Position numbers and translations under genes: made by a program | Source: Longimicrobiales bacterium | GTDB taxonomy: Bacteria > Gemmatimonadota > Gemmatimonadetes > Longimicrobiales > Gaopeijiaceae | Assembly (NCBI GenBank): GCA_965219445.1 | Contig: CBDCNQ010000005.1 | Coordinates: 1,248,001 to 1,312,000, forward strand | Direction: 5' to 3' | Length of the DNA stretch: 64,000 nt | Shown: piece by piece, positions 62,104 to 64,000 of the stretch | Layout of the letters: each line of letters begins with the position of its first letter | Numbering within the stretch: the first letter of the stretch is position 1 | Notes under the pieces: generated by a model | Databases searched by the model: none | Told to the model about the DNA's origin: nothing | Seen by the model: only the letters and a program-made list of their open reading frames with translations

Positions 62104-63672
62104 TCAGCCAAGTATCAAGTTCATGATTACGAGGGCTGTCCCGATGAAGGCGCCCAGGAGGTAGCCGAGTCGGACGATAATGCGGAGCTCCTTATGGGTG
62201 ACCTTCCGCACCAATTCCTCCATCCTCTCCGGCGGAAATTCGAGGACCTTTTGCTCGACCCGGCCTGCGATGTCGATTTGCTCGATGACCGAGGGAACCT
62301 GGGTTTGGAGCCACTCCCAGACCGGGTCGCCCATCGCTTCTTCCAGCTTTCTCGCGGATCCCTCCGGAAGCCAATTCGCCGGCGTCCCGATGGGTCGATC
62401 CGGCAGGCTCGATGAGAGGCGGGTGGCCGCCTCGCGGCACAACGTCTCCGCCGCCTCGCTCTGCGCCCCACTGACCAGCCACTCGGCTACCCGATCCGGC
62501 GGCACTTTCTCGAGCACTTGGCCCCAGGTCCGCGCACCCACGCCCTCCAGCGCCACCTCCAGCTTCTCCACGAGAAATTCCCGAGAGGTCGGGTCCTGGG
62601 CGATGTCGATGATCCACTCGGTGACAGTTTGACGAGCGTCCACGACGCTCTGGTCTTCTTCGCCTCCCACAACGGATGCCACGGGCCTACGCAGAAAATC
62701 CACGATTGCGTCGTTGATCCCCTTTGCCATGGCGTCCTGCATGGTCGGGTCCCGGAGTACCTCGGCCAGTCGTTCGGCGCCTTCCTCTTCAATCGTGTCG
62801 AGAACATTGTCGACGGACTCTTCGGTGATGACGAGCTTCGCGACCACACGTTGGTGGAACTTGAGGTCTCCGAGGAAGCGGCGCAGGAGCTCGTGAATGA
62901 AGGTCTTGAATCTGGCACGCGCCTCGTCGTCTTCCAGCGTCGATCCCACCTTGCCAATGGCGATCGGGAGGTAGGCCGCGATTCCCTTTTCCACCGCCCC
63001 GACGAGCCCGAGCGGCAGCACGTCTTCGAACGTGCGGGTCGGCTCGAGGAGCCTATGGGTGGCCCGGCTCAGGTAATCGTCGATGGCCCTGCCGAAATCT
63101 TCGCTCTCCACCGCATCGGTGAGCCACTCCTCGACGGCCTCGGAAATAGCGCTTCCACGGGCCGGCGTCAGGATCCCGGCCACCGGCTCGTCAGCGATCG
63201 ACTGGACAATCTCCTGAGCGCGTTCCGTGAGCGAATCCGCGAAACGATCGGAGTCCAGGTACTCCCGCAGGCGCGCCAGCCCGAAGTCGGCGACCTCCTG
63301 GAGGATCACTTCGGTTTGGTCGTGCATGCGCTCGGGGATCAGTTCCCTCAACGATCCGCGCTCAGTGTGTAGAACGGCGTCCAGAAATCCTGAAAGCTGT
63401 TCGTCGAACGCCTGCCGGACGGATTCGTCGCTGAAGGTCTTTCCCAAATCTTCAGGCGTGAGCAGGCGTGTGCCGACCGTTCGCCCGATCGCCGTCGCGA
63501 GACGCGCCTGGTTCTTGGGAATCGCCCCCTGAAGCATCTTCAAGGGCCGCTTCCCCAGGCGGGGGGACTCGTACGGGTGGAAGAGCATCCAAATGGCGAT
63601 CGAATTGGTGAGGCCGCCCGCCATGGCGCCGAATAGGATCGTGATTAGGGCACGGATCAGCTCTTCCGGCAT
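62104..63672 (-). CDS. DUF445-family protein
   Basis: GGLTNSIAIWMLFHP, GAIPKNQ, ELRIIVRLGYLLG. Confidence 0.88.
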   Translation of the reverse strand: MPEELIRALITILFGAMAGGLTNSIAIWMLFHPYESPRLGKRPLKMLQGAIPKNQARLATAIGRTVGTRLLTPEDLGKTFSDESVRQAFDEQLSGFLDAVLHTERGSLRELIPERMHDQTEVILQEVADFGLARLREYLDSDRFADSLTERAQEIVQSIADEPVAGILTPARGSAISEAVEEWLTDAVESEDFGRAIDDYLSRATHRLLEPTRTFEDVLPLGLVGAVEKGIAAYLPIAIGKVGSTLEDDEARARFKTFIHELLRRFLGDLKFHQRVVAKLVITEESVDNVLDTIEEEGAERLAEVLRDPTMQDAMAKGINDAIVDFLRRPVASVVGGEEDQSVVDARQTVTEWIIDIAQDPTSREFLVEKLEVALEGVGARTWGQVLEKVPPDRVAEWLVSGAQSEAAETLCREAATRLSSSLPDRPIGTPANWLPEGSARKLEEAMGDPVWEWLQTQVPSVIEQIDIAGRVEQKVLEFPPERMEELVRKVTHKELRIIVRLGYLLGAFIGTALVIMNLILG

Positions 63673-63726
63673 GCCACTACCTCTCCGGGCACGCCGCCAC
63701 GTCCTCGGGCCCGGGCCGCTCTCTCG

Positions 63727-64000
63727 TCAACGCTGCACGTGGCGCACGAGCCCCCGTACTTCGAGCGAGTCTCCGGCCAGGACCACCGTACCGGTGACTT
63801 GGTAGAGACCGTTGACCGGAAGGATGGGCCCCTCGCCCACCTGCGCCCGGAGCTCCATGCCGGCACTGGCCAGCGTGAGTTCCATCTCGCCGTCGGGCGA
63901 TCGGACTCCCCACTCGACGGGTACGTCTCTGCGCGCCTCCTCGAACGACCTCACCGAGTGCCACACCACATGCACGTCCGGCCATCGAAACTCGTCTTCT
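63727..64000 (-). CDS. 3' part of a hypothetical protein running off the window
   Basis: Open frame to the window edge, co-directional with the DUF445 gene. Confidence 0.55.
   Translation of the reverse strand, partial: EDEFRWPDVHVVWHSVRSFEEARRDVPVEWGVRSPDGEMELTLASAGMELRAQVGEGPILPVNGLYQVTGTVVLAGDSLEVRGLVRHVQR

Overview
GC-rich bacterial chromosomal window. Gene content and style suggest a Gemmatimonadota-like organism (inference only). Housekeeping blocks occupy about 0-26 kb and 49.8-64 kb: amidohydrolase, adenylate cyclase-TPR, thyX interrupted by a 355-aa HNH intein, OmpA lipoprotein, phhB, a DAK2-DegV fusion, VWA protein, rho, mlaEFD, trxB, fumC, a probable 6S RNA, PTPS-folE-SDR, acyl-CoA synthetase, cutA, an ABC transporter, TerB and DUF445. 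Between them (about 26.5-49.5 kb) is a periplasmic metal/redox region. Its most striking feature is a two-gene module present three times: a secreted protein ending in CCWTNGYVxVxV, followed by an exported cytochrome c (CxxCH) fused to a PHM/DBH-like copper monooxygenase domain with all six copper ligands present. The modules are flanked by a cytochrome c-PQQ dehydrogenase, a Tat-exported GMC flavoprotein pair with no cytochrome subunit, two DUF5916-like outer-membrane proteins, a Fur/Zur-MerC pair and a desulforedoxin-like mini-protein. Two modules form a tandem array bounded by an exact 58-bp direct repeat. Several gene remnants (ogt, ybhB), a frameshifted NUDIX gene and IS-end-like repeats are present. 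No rRNA, tRNA or CRISPR array was found. All calls come from motif recognition by eye; no searches were run.
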